From contig JAUWBN010000003.1 in NCBI GenBank assembly GCA_030601675.1, forward strand, positions 2,255 through 66,254: a DNA stretch of 64,000 bases, given 5' to 3'. The stretch is from Hadesarchaea archaeon (lineage in GTDB: Archaea > Hadarchaeota > Hadarchaeia > Hadarchaeales > Hadarchaeaceae). Shown piece after piece: positions 27,359 through 37,545 of the stretch; the first letter of the stretch is position 1; each line of letters begins with the position of its first letter. Position numbers and translations under genes: made by a program. A model generated the notes under the pieces. It was not told where the DNA came from and made no database searches. It was given only the letters and a program-made list of their open reading frames with translations.

Positions 27359-27818
27359 TGAGGTCTGGATAGCGTTGGCCGCTGGTCTAGCGGTCGCGAT
27401 TCCAGGGATCCTATCGGCAATCGGCGTTGGGATGACCGGAGTTGCAGCAGCAGCGGTATCGGCTGAGGACCCAAAGAAGTTCTCAAAGCTCTTCGTGCTA
27501 GAGGTTCTCCCGGGCACGCAGGGAATCTACGGTTTCGTCGCGGGCTTTTTGATCCTCGTCGGTACAGGTTTGCTTGGGGGCGGTGTACTAAAGGAAGGCA
27601 TAGTGGGACTGGCCGTACTGGCGGCGGCTGTTCCAGCCATTCTCCAAGGATTTACCGCATACGCGCAGGGAAAGGTTGCCACTGCAGGCGTCAGCGCCAT
27701 TGCAAAAAGACCGGAAATATTTGGACAAGCTATAATGTACACGGTGATGGTTGAGCTTTACGCTATCCTTGGGCTTCTAGCGACGATCTTAATTCTAGTA
27801 AGTCTCGGCGCGTTGTAG
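27339..27818 (+). CDS. atpK: A1AO ATP synthase proteolipid subunit K/c, duplicated 4-TM (16-kDa-type) form
   Basis: 159 aa with two hairpins. It is close to Enterococcus hirae NtpK as I recall it (GVGMTG, LPGTQGIYGF, AQGKVA, MVELYAILG). The start codon is uncertain. Confidence 0.85.
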   Translation: MNGLVGDEVWIALAAGLAVAIPGILSAIGVGMTGVAAAAVSAEDPKKFSKLFVLEVLPGTQGIYGFVAGFLILVGTGLLGGGVLKEGIVGLAVLAAAVPAILQGFTAYAQGKVATAGVSAIAKRPEIFGQAIMYTVMVELYAILGLLATILILVSLGAL

Positions 27819-27829
27819 GGGGCTAAGCG

Positions 27830-28459
27830 TTGCCGGCTGAAAAAGGCGCCCAGCTAATAGCAGATGATATCCTAAAAGAAGCGAAGGAAAAAGCCGCGGG
27901 GATAATTAGGGCAGCGAAGAAGGAAGCGCGCACGTTGCTCGATGCGGCCCGCTTCGGCGCCAAGGAAGAGGAGGAACGCGAGACAAAGGAAGCACGCGCC
28001 CGTGGCAAACACGTTTACGATGGAGTACTCGCGGAGGGCAGGATGCGCGCGAAGCGGGAAGCGCTTCGAAAGAGGGAAGAACTCATCAACGAGGTCTTCC
28101 GAGAGGTAGAGAAGAAGCTTCGAGCGCACGCATCGTCTAAAAAGTACGAGAATGACATCGTTCGAATCGTCGCGGCGGCGTGCAAAAAACTCGGTTCCGA
28201 TGATGTTGTCATCCGAGCTAATCGCCGGGACCTGAAACTCCTCGAAGGATCCAAAGATCAAATAACACGTGAGCTGGGCGGAGGCAAAAAAACGGTGAAA
28301 GTTTCACTGGGTGAACCGATTCAAACGATCGGAGGGGTAAAGATCGGAACCTCGGATGGCAGGGTTGAGATCGACGAGACGTTCGAGGGCAGGATGCGGA
28401 GGGAATTCGAGGGCCTCCGGGTAAAGGTCGCGAAAGTTCTATTCGAAGGGTCAAGATGA
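27830..28459 (+). CDS. atpE: A1AO ATP synthase subunit E
   Basis: 209 aa with an N-terminal long helix and a C-terminal globular domain. Its position is after atpK. Confidence 0.85.
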   Translation: MPAEKGAQLIADDILKEAKEKAAGIIRAAKKEARTLLDAARFGAKEEEERETKEARARGKHVYDGVLAEGRMRAKREALRKREELINEVFREVEKKLRAHASSKKYENDIVRIVAAACKKLGSDDVVIRANRRDLKLLEGSKDQITRELGGGKKTVKVSLGEPIQTIGGVKIGTSDGRVEIDETFEGRMRREFEGLRVKVAKVLFEGSR

Positions 28460-29592
28460 TTGATGTTCTCGTAGTTATTTTTCTGATCATAGGGACCCTC
28501 TTTGCCTTGGTGATATACAACGCCAGGCGCTCGATGGCTTACGTTTACTGCAACGCGACCATCAGTGCGTGGGAGGCAAGATTGCTTTCCGCGGCACGCC
28601 TGATGGAGCTCGCCGATGCCCCAGGGATCACAAATGTATTCGCGGCCCTTGACGACACTGACTACCGACCGCAGCTAGCTGAGGTTCCGAGGGGCGAGGA
28701 GGGGATCGACATGCCGGTGGTCGAGCGAGCGCTCAGGGAGAACTTGAACGCGTGCTATCGCGAGCTCTTGGGGATGGTGCCGGAGGAGCGAAAGGAAACG
28801 GTCGCGAGGGTGATCGAGCGTATTGATATCTGGAACCTTAAGGCGATCCTCACAGCGATCCACAATAAAGTTCCCAAGGAAAAGAGGCTTGAGGAGTTAA
28901 TTCCATCACCGACGCTTCCTCGCGAGAAGCTTGAGATGCTCGCATCCGCCGAGATCTTTGAACAACTGCTTGAATTCCTGAAAGGGAGCGAGTACTTCGA
29001 CGTACTTTCAGAGGCACTGAAAGAATATGCGACGCGAGGGTTGATTGCCATCCTATCGGCGCTCGACAAGCACTACTACACGAGCTTGTGGAAGGACGTG
29101 TTGAGCAAGCGCGCACAGCGCTCGGTTTTGAGGGCAATCTTGGGGTACGAAATTGATGCTTTGAACATCAAGCTGATTTTACGGCTCAAGCGGGAGGGTG
29201 CGCCACCCGAGGAGATTGACAGATACCTCATCTTGCCCCCTCACGAGCTCACGGAGGCGATGCTGAGGGCGATGATCACCGCTGAGGATGTCCCTTCTGC
29301 GATAAACATGATTCATCGTACCGTCTACGGCCAAATTTTGCTGGAGGCCCTCCCGCAGATCGAGGCCCAAGGGATCTTCGCGGCGGAGAAGGCTTTGGAT
29401 GAAACGCATCTAAAGATATGTAGGTGGCTTGCGCTTACCCAGCTCTTTAGCATAGCTCCCGTGCTCTCTTACATCTACTTGAAGGAAAACGAGATGAGAA
29501 ATCTGCGGGCGATAATCAGGCTCAAGGTGGATAAAGTCGAGCCGCAGAAAATCAAGGAAACAACGGTAAGGGTGCCAAAAATTGGGTTTTAA
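28456..29592 (+). CDS. atpC: A1AO ATP synthase subunit C (d-subunit homologue)
   Basis: 378 aa, helical. A 4-nt overlap with atpE and its position fit atpC. Confidence 0.85.
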   Translation: MIDVLVVIFLIIGTLFALVIYNARRSMAYVYCNATISAWEARLLSAARLMELADAPGITNVFAALDDTDYRPQLAEVPRGEEGIDMPVVERALRENLNACYRELLGMVPEERKETVARVIERIDIWNLKAILTAIHNKVPKEKRLEELIPSPTLPREKLEMLASAEIFEQLLEFLKGSEYFDVLSEALKEYATRGLIAILSALDKHYYTSLWKDVLSKRAQRSVLRAILGYEIDALNIKLILRLKREGAPPEEIDRYLILPPHELTEAMLRAMITAEDVPSAINMIHRTVYGQILLEALPQIEAQGIFAAEKALDETHLKICRWLALTQLFSIAPVLSYIYLKENEMRNLRAIIRLKVDKVEPQKIKETTVRVPKIGF

Positions 29593-29920
29593 AATAGCCG
29601 TCGTTGGGGATCAAGATACCGTGACGGGGTTCGCTTTAGCGGGCGCGACCTATACCCACATTTACACGACGAAAGAAGAGGCGCTGGCCAAGCTGGGCGA
29701 GTTTCTCGCCAGCGATGAAATTGGGCTCGTGCTGGTAACCCACCGCATCGTGGAGGCGCTCGGTTACGAGTTTCGCCGGATGATGCGGGCGAAGCGGTTG
29801 CTCCCGCTCGTGCTTAGAATTTCCGACAAGACAGGGTACGTGCCGAAGGTCGATGAGCTGCGTGAGATAATCAAGCGCACGGTGGGGGCCGAGATCATGG
29901 TCAAGCGGGAGGGCAGCTAA
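29582..29920 (+). CDS. atpF: A1AO ATP synthase subunit F
   Basis: 112 aa. The FKIAVVGDQDTVTGFALAG N-terminus is typical of subunit F. Confidence 0.85.
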   Translation: MGFKIAVVGDQDTVTGFALAGATYTHIYTTKEEALAKLGEFLASDEIGLVLVTHRIVEALGYEFRRMMRAKRLLPLVLRISDKTGYVPKVDELREIIKRTVGAEIMVKREGS

Positions 29921-30558
29921 TGGCGGTGGCGCTGGCAGTACCCCCAACCCGGATGGAGCTCCTGAAGCTGAGGCAAAGGGTGGGCCTCGCGCAGAGGGGC
30001 CACGACCTGCTCAAGGAGAAGATGGACGCCCTCGTCATCGAGTTCTTCGAGGTGTTGAGGCGAATCCAGGAAGCTAGGACGAAGGCGCTCGAGCAGCTCT
30101 TCGTAGCCCATCGGGCGCTATCGATGTGCTTTGCGATCGTGGGGACGCTCGAGACCAAGCAGGCCTCTAAAGAAACAAGGCGGGAGCTTCAAGTGGAGAT
30201 TTCAACCCGCCACATCATGGGTATCGCGGTGCCGGCCGTCGAAGTCAGAGAGGTTGAGCGCAACGCTTTGGTGAGGGGTTATGGCTTGCATATGACATCT
30301 TCGGTGCTCGATGAGGCGTCGATGGAGTTCGAGCGAGCGCTCAAGCTCTTGATCGAGCTAGCTGAACTTGAGGGATCGGCATTTGCCCTCGCAAGGGAAC
30401 TCGAGAAGACCAAACGGAGGGTGAACGCGCTCGAGTATATCCTGATCCCGAGGTTGAAGGAGACCCTCAAGTTCATCATGATGAGGCTGGATGAAATGGA
30501 GCGGGAAAACTTCTCCCGCCTCAAGCGGATAAAGGCGATGTTGGAGGAGCGTGGGTGA
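29920..30558 (+). CDS. atpD: A1AO ATP synthase subunit D
   Basis: 212 aa. PTRMELLKLRQRV and LEYILIPRL are typical of subunit D. The TAATG junction overlaps atpF. Confidence 0.9.
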   Translation: MAVALAVPPTRMELLKLRQRVGLAQRGHDLLKEKMDALVIEFFEVLRRIQEARTKALEQLFVAHRALSMCFAIVGTLETKQASKETRRELQVEISTRHIMGIAVPAVEVREVERNALVRGYGLHMTSSVLDEASMEFERALKLLIELAELEGSAFALARELEKTKRRVNALEYILIPRLKETLKFIMMRLDEMERENFSRLKRIKAMLEERG

Positions 30559-30950
30559 ACGCAAATCGTCTGATAAAACTCGAGTTGAGCAAGCTCAACG
30601 TGCACCTGCCCGAGAGGCGCCTGTCGTTGAGGGAGGCCCTTTCGTCCGCGAGGCCTCAAGTCGTGGCGCGCGATGGCAGCACCCACGCGTTCAAGCGCGA
30701 GGAGCTCAAGTTCTTGGCGGGGCTCCTCCCCGAGGCGGAGCGGGATAAACTCCAGCTGCCAATTCTAATCGGGCTGGAGCCGAAGCTCGGTAGGGGGACC
30801 GCTAGGATAAGTGGAGAGGCCGAGGTAAGGGTTGTCAGCCAAGTTCTCGAAAAAGAGCCCGCTGCCGGGGAGCTGCTGATCTACCGCCCTGAGGTGGCGA
30901 TCTTGCGGAAAAAGCTCCCGACGACCACGCAGTACCTCTTTCTCTGGTGA
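30555..30950 (+). CDS. Small conserved archaeal protein, possibly DUF61/UPF0216 family
   Basis: 131 aa. GTG start overlaps the atpD stop. The pattern ...RDGSTHAFKREELKFLAGLL...PTTTQ recalls UPF0216, from memory only. Confidence 0.4.
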   Translation: MNANRLIKLELSKLNVHLPERRLSLREALSSARPQVVARDGSTHAFKREELKFLAGLLPEAERDKLQLPILIGLEPKLGRGTARISGEAEVRVVSQVLEKEPAAGELLIYRPEVAILRKKLPTTTQYLFLW

Positions 30951-30954
30951 TCAA

Positions 30955-31251
30955 ATGGAGGCGCGCAAGGGAATCATCTTGGCGGCACTTTTCTACCCAT
31001 TCTCCATCGCGACGGTAGCGGCAGGCTTCCTAGCTTTCGTGATGATCGTGCTTAAAGCTGACATCCTCACGGTTTCGACTGTAGTACTGTGGTTTTACTT
31101 CGTGTGTGCAGCGTCTATTTATTTCATCTCAGAGAGAGCGCTCAAGGCATTTGGGGTTCGCGGGGTCTTCTTGGGTTTTATTATCACCATCGGGGTTCTA
31201 GCAGTTTTGTCTGCGGTTCTCTTTATTTGGAGAACCATAGGTAATCCATAG
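30955..31251 (+). CDS. Small membrane protein, unknown function
   Basis: 98 aa with three hydrophobic helices. Confidence 0.5.
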   Translation: MEARKGIILAALFYPFSIATVAAGFLAFVMIVLKADILTVSTVVLWFYFVCAASIYFISERALKAFGVRGVFLGFIITIGVLAVLSAVLFIWRTIGNP

Positions 31252-31257
31252 GGTTAC

Positions 31258-33075
31258 CTAAGGTGCCGTCATAGACTGTTTCCTCGTCAGTATGGCATCG
31301 ACAATCCGGGCGTAAACAGGGCGCGTCACGAGCACAGAGATGCCGGTGCCAACCATTGTGATTAGAGCGAATCCGCGCATCACTCCAAAACCGAGCCAAA
31401 AAAGCATCAACATCGCCGCGATCGTTGTCGCAGCGGCAGCGAAGATCACCGTGAACGCCCGCCCCTTTCGCCCCTTCAAGCTTATACGCTTGGCATGCGG
31501 TATTTCTCCCCGCACCATCTCATCGGTTATTATAATTTGATGGTCTACCCCCGTACCAATGACAACGACAAGCCCGCCGAGTTCAGGTATCCCAATGACC
31601 CATCCGAGCATTGCTGCAATGCCAATGGTAATCACGACTTCAAAAATCATCGTACCCGTGAGTGCCGCGCTTATCTTTAGGCGCTTGTATCTGAGGTAAA
31701 CAAGCATCCCAACCCCCGCCAGGGCAACGAGCCCAGCCAGGATGGCCTCTCGCAGGAAGCCGGCGCCGAGGCGGGGATCTATCCCCGTCTCACTCTCGTA
31801 TGAAATCCTGACTGGGAGTCGCTGGGCCAAAACTGCTTTCAAATCTTCGGCGTCTTTTCGTGCATCTTCTGTTGCCCCGCCACCTATGGTGATTATCATT
31901 CTTGTCAAAGGTTGGCCAGCAACCGCTTCGGTGATGCTGGGCATGGACCTCAAGCCGCAGGCACGTTCCACCCATTCGCGGGCCGTCCAGTCCTTTCCTC
32001 TCGGCGCATTCTCAAGCGAAGGATAATCAAGGTTCTCAATTTCCGTGATAACATTTTCGAAATCGTCCTCTTCGCCGACCAAAATAATGCGAGTTTTTAT
32101 CTCCCGTTGCTCCCGCAGAAATTCGAGCGTTTCAAGCGGAAGATTTTCTTGGACTTCCACGGCGGTAACCTGCAAGTAGAATCTGTGTGGGACCCCGCGG
32201 ATTTCCCATAGAATGTATATCATTCGCGGGTTGTTGTCATAGATCATCCCCGCTTCATCTAATACCTGTCTGCTGAAAACTACAACAGCATCAAAAGGAC
32301 GATCGAGATAAATGCCAGTGGGGTGATCAACCTTGCCCGCGGATGCAGCGCTCCATTTTTCCGCCCCCTCACCGGATACCCCAAACGGCACGGTCCAGCT
32401 TCCTGCATCGATATCGTACTCAACAGGTGAAACAAATGTGATGTCGCCACCGGTCAGGACAGGCGACTCATTTTCGATGAATATCTCGAGCCGCCCTTGG
32501 TGACCAAGCAGCTCCTTTGCCCGCTCCGGTTCAACCCCAGCAATCTCGAATAGCACAAAATTTGCACCTACAGGTAAAAACCGTACCCCAGGCATTCCAT
32601 AGGGATTGACCCGCATATCGAGGGAGTGCATTACCTCTTCTCGCGTGGTATCGCTCACCACTTCTTTGGGTTCTCCTATTACTGTGCCATGGTCGCCGAT
32701 GACGGTTTCAATTAATTCTTTAGTGACAGGTAAACCGATTTCGACCGTAACTCTCCGGGTGGCCTCGTCGTAACCGATTTCTTTCACAGTCGTATGCAAG
32801 TTTTCCTCAAATGCGGCGCGTATGCTCGCGTATGCAGCGTCTACATCCTCTGGAGCGAGTTCGATTGTGACGTGTGATGCTTCCAATCTCAGCATGATCC
32901 TTGAGCCCCCGAGGATATCGATCCCAAAGCTGAGGCCGCGCACGTAGTGGCTCGGCCATCCTAACACCTCTTCTGCCCTCGTGTCGACCTCCACCCAAGG
33001 TCGCCATACCGCCGCGACTGATAGCGTGAGCAAAAGGGCGAGCAACAGCACGCGGCGCTCTTTAAATACTAACAT
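31258..33075 (-). CDS. secD: Protein-export membrane protein SecD
   Basis: Large periplasmic-type domain plus a C-terminal 6-TM region (GTGVDHQIIITDE). The likely start is MLVFKERRVLLL at 33075, which overlaps the secF end. Confidence 0.8.
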   Translation of the reverse strand: MLVFKERRVLLLALLLTLSVAAVWRPWVEVDTRAEEVLGWPSHYVRGLSFGIDILGGSRIMLRLEASHVTIELAPEDVDAAYASIRAAFEENLHTTVKEIGYDEATRRVTVEIGLPVTKELIETVIGDHGTVIGEPKEVVSDTTREEVMHSLDMRVNPYGMPGVRFLPVGANFVLFEIAGVEPERAKELLGHQGRLEIFIENESPVLTGGDITFVSPVEYDIDAGSWTVPFGVSGEGAEKWSAASAGKVDHPTGIYLDRPFDAVVVFSRQVLDEAGMIYDNNPRMIYILWEIRGVPHRFYLQVTAVEVQENLPLETLEFLREQREIKTRIILVGEEDDFENVITEIENLDYPSLENAPRGKDWTAREWVERACGLRSMPSITEAVAGQPLTRMIITIGGGATEDARKDAEDLKAVLAQRLPVRISYESETGIDPRLGAGFLREAILAGLVALAGVGMLVYLRYKRLKISAALTGTMIFEVVITIGIAAMLGWVIGIPELGGLVVVIGTGVDHQIIITDEMVRGEIPHAKRISLKGRKGRAFTVIFAAAATTIAAMLMLFWLGFGVMRGFALITMVGTGISVLVTRPVYARIVDAILTRKQSMTAP

Positions 33076-33988
33076 AAAGTTCCATCCGCATCCGTTTTTG
33101 CGTATAGCGCAGCAAAAACCCGGCATTTAAGAACCACGTGTTGAAGATGTCGATGACTACCCCAAAGATAAGCACGGCGGATAGTTGGTCGAGGGCCGGG
33201 GCTGTTGTAAATAAATTGAGGGCGAGGAGCACTATGAGGGTAGTGCCGCTCATCATCAGTCCAGTTTTCATCGCGCTCGCGGCGCGTTCGTGTGCCTCGC
33301 CAGTCACGCCCTTCAACACCCGTGTAGAGAGCAGAATGTTTGTGTCAACTGAATATCCGATGAGCATGAGTAGGCCGGCAATAGAGGCTAGGCTGAGGTC
33401 GACGCGAAATAGACTCATGCAGCCAAGGACACCAATCATGTTGAGCCCGATCGCCAACAAAATGGTCCCAACGACGATGCGGCGCCTGAAAACGATGAAG
33501 ATAATAATTGCCATCGCCACAACCGCACCGATTATGGCATTTCTCGCCTGCTCGCGGTGAATGCCTATGATGGCCCCGCCCATCCTCTCTGCCTTGATCA
33601 TATCGACCGAGATGTTGAGATGTTGAGAAAGAATGTTTTCGAGATTATCTCTTTCGTCATCTTCCAAGAAGTTGTCAGTTTCTATATCGAAACCAAATCG
33701 CCCCGTATCCAGAGCGGGGTTTTTTGTAATCTTCACATCCGCGTCGGCACCGAGAAAATTTTCGGCGATAGTTTCAACTTCACCAACTTCACCAACATTT
33801 GGAACGTTGTCGAGCCCCCGCACCATGATCAACGTCCCACCCTTCAAATCCCTACCAATTGGGAAGGTGTCAAGTGCTAGCGTTGCGATGGTGACAGCGC
33901 CCAGAAATATCGCCAAGGCTGCTGGAATTGCGATCATCTGGCGCGTGCTAAGATGCTTGAAGTGCGAGGTTGGATCCATGTTTACCAT
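33062..33988 (-). CDS. secF: Protein-export membrane protein SecF
   Basis: C-terminal SecF-type TM bundle (LIGYSVDTNILL). The likely start is MVNMDPTSHF at 33988. The ORF-track extension to 34120 would overlap the divergent trmI gene. Confidence 0.8.
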   Translation of the reverse strand: MVNMDPTSHFKHLSTRQMIAIPAALAIFLGAVTIATLALDTFPIGRDLKGGTLIMVRGLDNVPNVGEVGEVETIAENFLGADADVKITKNPALDTGRFGFDIETDNFLEDDERDNLENILSQHLNISVDMIKAERMGGAIIGIHREQARNAIIGAVVAMAIIIFIVFRRRIVVGTILLAIGLNMIGVLGCMSLFRVDLSLASIAGLLMLIGYSVDTNILLSTRVLKGVTGEAHERAASAMKTGLMMSGTTLIVLLALNLFTTAPALDQLSAVLIFGVVIDIFNTWFLNAGFLLRYTQKRMRMELYVSI

Positions 33989-34027
33989 TAATAATCTAAA
34001 CCCCTGATTAATAGTTAATCCAACGAG

Positions 34028-34792
34028 GTGTGCCGGATGATCGAAGAAGGCGAGCGGATAATCCTCATCGACGGGCGGGGCAGGAAGTATCTCGTCAAGG
34101 CCGAGCGGAGGCAGCTCCACACGGACCTAGGGGTCGTCGAGTTGGGCGAGGCCATCGGGCAGGAGCCGGGGGCGAGGTTAAAATCACACGTCGGAAAGGA
34201 GTTCATCCTACTAAAGCCGCGCATCACCGATTACCTCCAGAAGCTCCGCCGCGCCCCCCAGATAATGTTACCCAAAGATGCCGCGCAGATCGTCGCATAT
34301 ACCGGCGTGGGCCCGGGCGATCTGATCGTCGATGCGGGCGTGGGGTCGGGTTCGCTCGCGATTTTTCTGGGCAACCTTGTTCGACCAAACGGGCGCGTGG
34401 TGAGCTACGAGGTGCGGGAGGATTTCGCGCGCGTGGCGGGGGAGAATGTCAGCATGGCTGGACTCGGCGATATCGTAACGGTGAAGCTAAAAGACATCTA
34501 CGAAGGCATTGACGAGAGCGATGTCGATCTAGTGACACTTGACCTTCCCCAGCCCGAGCGCGTGCTGCCGCATGCGGAGCGGGCCCTGAAGCCGGGCGGT
34601 CACATTATGACATTTGCCCCCTGCGTTGAACACTTGCAACGCCTCTACCGGGAGCTGCCAAATTACCGCTTCGTCCACCCCAAGACCATCGAGTGCCTCG
34701 TCCGGGAATTCGAGGTCAAGCCAAGCTGCACCCGCCCAAAGACGCGGATGATCGCGCATACGGGATACCTAACGTTCGCACGGCGGGTATAG
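34028..34792 (+). CDS. trmI: tRNA (adenine-N1)-methyltransferase TrmI (GCD14 family)
   Basis: 254 aa. It has the SAM motif VDAGVGSGSLA and an N-terminal beta domain (GRKYLVKA...HTDLG). Confidence 0.8.
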   Translation: MCRMIEEGERIILIDGRGRKYLVKAERRQLHTDLGVVELGEAIGQEPGARLKSHVGKEFILLKPRITDYLQKLRRAPQIMLPKDAAQIVAYTGVGPGDLIVDAGVGSGSLAIFLGNLVRPNGRVVSYEVREDFARVAGENVSMAGLGDIVTVKLKDIYEGIDESDVDLVTLDLPQPERVLPHAERALKPGGHIMTFAPCVEHLQRLYRELPNYRFVHPKTIECLVREFEVKPSCTRPKTRMIAHTGYLTFARRV

Positions 34793-34832
34793 ATTCCTTA
34801 ATCAAGTTCAGTCATGCATAAATAGTGTCCAA

Positions 34833-35234
34833 TCAGATCCGGCGAGCTTTAAAACCGTAATAGATAACCCCGTCTTGACTTTCCTCACCCATCCGCCTGA
34901 AGATCATCTCGACTTCATCGCCTATCTTGATCTCATCCGGGTTGCAGTCGGTGATTTGGGCGGTCAGGCGAGGGCCATCCTCGAGCTCGATGATTGCGAG
35001 CAAGTAGGGTGCCTGATCCTCGAAGCCATTTGCGGCGATGTGCACAACCGTGTAGGAGAGAACCTTACCCCGGCGCTTGAGTCGGTAAGGCTCCAGCTTG
35101 CCCATCCGCCGGCAGTAGGGGCAGATGTAGCGCGGCGGGAAGAGGACTTTGTTGCAGTTGCCGCAGCGCGCGCCCACGAGGTTGTAGCGGTTGGGTATCT
35201 CTCGCCAGAAGCGCGGGACGGCCATCCTAATCAC
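34833..35234 (-). CDS. DUF35 OB-fold/Zn-ribbon protein (scaffold of the thiolase/HMGCS complex)
   Basis: 133 aa with the Zn ribbon CGNC...CPYC. It lies downstream of the thiolase and HMGCS genes. Confidence 0.8.
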   Translation of the reverse strand: MIRMAVPRFWREIPNRYNLVGARCGNCNKVLFPPRYICPYCRRMGKLEPYRLKRRGKVLSYTVVHIAANGFEDQAPYLLAIIELEDGPRLTAQITDCNPDEIKIGDEVEMIFRRMGEESQDGVIYYGFKARRI

Positions 35235-36390
35235 TCCTCCTTAGCACATGCACGACCGCGGTACCTCCCGAGCCCCCAACGTTGTGCGTCAGCCCGACCT
35301 CTGCCCCATCGACCTGACGCTTGCCGGCCTCGCCTCGAAGCTGCTGTACGATCTCCACGGCCTGCGCGATGCCGGTAGCGCCCACGGGGTGCCCCTTGCC
35401 CTTGAGCCCGCCGCTCGTGTTCACGGGAATCCGCCCACCTATCGCGGTTTCTCCCTGCTCGGTCACCTTGCCCCCTTCACCCTTCTTGCAGAACCCCAGG
35501 TCCTCGATCGCTATTATCTCCGCGATGGTAAAACAGTCGTGAACTTCCACGAGGTCGATGTCATCGGGCTTGACGCCAGCCATCTTGTACGCCGTCCGCG
35601 TGGCCTCGATGGTCGCCCGCAGGCTCGTGAGCGAGGAGCGGCTGTGGAGCGAGATGGTGTCGCTTGCTTGCCCAGTACCGGCGACTAGGATTGGGATATC
35701 GGTGAACTTCCGCGCTTTCTCCGCTGGAGCGAGGATTACGCAGGCGGCGCCATCGGTGATCGGGGAGCAATCGAGCAATTTTATGGGCGAGGTAACCAGT
35801 GGCGATTTTAACACATTCTCGACGGTTATTTCCGTTTGATATTGCGCGCAGGTGTTAAAGCGTGCGTTGTGGTGATTTTTGACCGCCACCATCGCCATCT
35901 GTTGCTCCGTGGTTCCGAACTCATACATGTGGCGGCGAGCCATCAGCGCGTAAAGGCCCGGGAAAGTGGCGCCCACGAATACCTCCCATTCCTGATCGGC
36001 GGCGGTCGCGAGCGCCCCCGTCGCCTGCCCGGTCAGCACATCGGTCATCTTCTCTATGCCGGCCGCGACGACGATGTCGTGGATACCCGAGGCGACGGCG
36101 ATCACCGCCTGACGGAGCGCTAGCCCGCCCGACGCGCAGGCCCCTTCGACGCGCGTGGAGGGGACGGGCACGAGCCCCGCGTGATCCGCGACGATTGAGG
36201 AGATGTGCTCTTGGCGGATGAATTGACCGGACGACATATTCCCCACGTACATTGCATCAATCTGTTTTCCATCGATCTCGGCATCCTCGATCGCTCGAGC
36301 ACCCGCTTCCATCATTATCTGCCTGAACGAGAGATCCCAGAGCTCGCCGAACTTCGTCAAGCCCACACCTATCACTGCGACATCGCGCAT
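35227..36390 (-). CDS. Acetyl-CoA C-acetyltransferase (thiolase)
   Basis: 387 aa with the active-site region VEGACASGG and C-terminal GHPVGATG. Confidence 0.85.
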   Translation of the reverse strand: MRDVAVIGVGLTKFGELWDLSFRQIMMEAGARAIEDAEIDGKQIDAMYVGNMSSGQFIRQEHISSIVADHAGLVPVPSTRVEGACASGGLALRQAVIAVASGIHDIVVAAGIEKMTDVLTGQATGALATAADQEWEVFVGATFPGLYALMARRHMYEFGTTEQQMAMVAVKNHHNARFNTCAQYQTEITVENVLKSPLVTSPIKLLDCSPITDGAACVILAPAEKARKFTDIPILVAGTGQASDTISLHSRSSLTSLRATIEATRTAYKMAGVKPDDIDLVEVHDCFTIAEIIAIEDLGFCKKGEGGKVTEQGETAIGGRIPVNTSGGLKGKGHPVGATGIAQAVEIVQQLRGEAGKRQVDGAEVGLTHNVGGSGGTAVVHVLRRSD

Positions 36391-37449
36391 TTACTTCACC
36401 AGTAATCTCCTAAATTTCACATAGGCAGCGTAGTCGATGTTAACCTTTCGATTCACGTAATCGAGCACTTTGGGCGTCGCATTCCGTTTCTTCTCTATGG
36501 TGTCGCGCACGACGATGCTGAAGGCATCGCTCCCGGCGCCCGAGCCGTAGGAGACCATGAGGATTCGCTCCCCGGGTTTGGCCTGGTCGAGGACCGCGGC
36601 GAGACCCATCATGGCCGACCCAGAATAAGTGTTGCCTATTTTCGGTGCCAGCAGGCCGGGTACCACCTGTTCCTTTGAGAAGCCGAGCTCCTCGGCCGCG
36701 TGCATGGGGAATTTTCCGTTGGGTTGGTGGAAGACCACGTACGCGAAATCTTGGGGGGTGAGCTGGAGCTTACGGAGCAAGCCGTTGGCTGCGGAGAGCA
36801 CATGTTTGAAGTAGGCGGGCTTTCCGGTGAATCGCCCCCCGTGTTTGGGGTAGGGCCGCATATCCCGGCGCCAGAAGTCGGGCGTGTCGGTGGTGTAGGA
36901 GTAGGTGTCCTCGATCGTCGCTAGGGTTTCGCTTCCGTTCTTACCCACGATGAAGGCACAGCCCCCGGCCGCAGCGGTGTATTCGAGGGGATCCCCCGGG
37001 GCGCCTTGGGCGGTGTCCGATCCAATCGCCATGCCGTATTTTATCATGCCAGCCTCGACGGCCCCCATACAGGTTTGGATGCCCGCCGTGCCGGCCTTAC
37101 AGGCGAATTCGTAGTCGGCGGCGGTGAGGTCTGGGGTGGCCTCGATGGCCTCAGCTACGATGGTGGCGGTGGGTTTAACCGCATATGGGTGGGACTCCGA
37201 GCCGACGTAGATCGCCCCGATGCCTTGTGGGTCGATGCCAGCCTGTTTCACGGCGTTGCGCGCGGCCTCGACTGCGATGGTGGCGGTATCCTCGTCGGGC
37301 CCCGGGACGGATTTTTCCTCGACCAAAAGTCCGCGCTTGATATTCTCGGGATCATCCCCCCAGACCTTGGCTATTTCCTCGACTCGGATGCGGTACCAGG
37401 GGATGTAAACGCCGTAGCCAACTATTCCAACATCCATTAGTAAGGTCAC
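36391..37449 (-). CDS. Hydroxymethylglutaryl-CoA synthase (archaeal)
   Basis: 352 aa. The condensing-enzyme fold motifs are EFACKAGT and NTYSGS. It is first in the conserved trio. Confidence 0.85.
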   Translation of the reverse strand: MTLLMDVGIVGYGVYIPWYRIRVEEIAKVWGDDPENIKRGLLVEEKSVPGPDEDTATIAVEAARNAVKQAGIDPQGIGAIYVGSESHPYAVKPTATIVAEAIEATPDLTAADYEFACKAGTAGIQTCMGAVEAGMIKYGMAIGSDTAQGAPGDPLEYTAAAGGCAFIVGKNGSETLATIEDTYSYTTDTPDFWRRDMRPYPKHGGRFTGKPAYFKHVLSAANGLLRKLQLTPQDFAYVVFHQPNGKFPMHAAEELGFSKEQVVPGLLAPKIGNTYSGSAMMGLAAVLDQAKPGERILMVSYGSGAGSDAFSIVVRDTIEKKRNATPKVLDYVNRKVNIDYAAYVKFRRLLVK

Positions 37450-37545
37450 CTTTTGCTTCGAATACTAATTTTTATGTCTATGCTTAAGCGAGGGCAATAA
37501 AAGCCTTTCGATTGTCGAAAAAATCATCGGCGATTGCCGTTGGGG

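Noticed and set aside
33989-34120. N-terminal 44-codon extension of the secF ORF
   Set aside because: It would overlap the divergent trmI gene start. The hydrophilic extension is not SecF-like, and MVNMDPTSHF at 33988 precedes the first TM helix at a normal distance.
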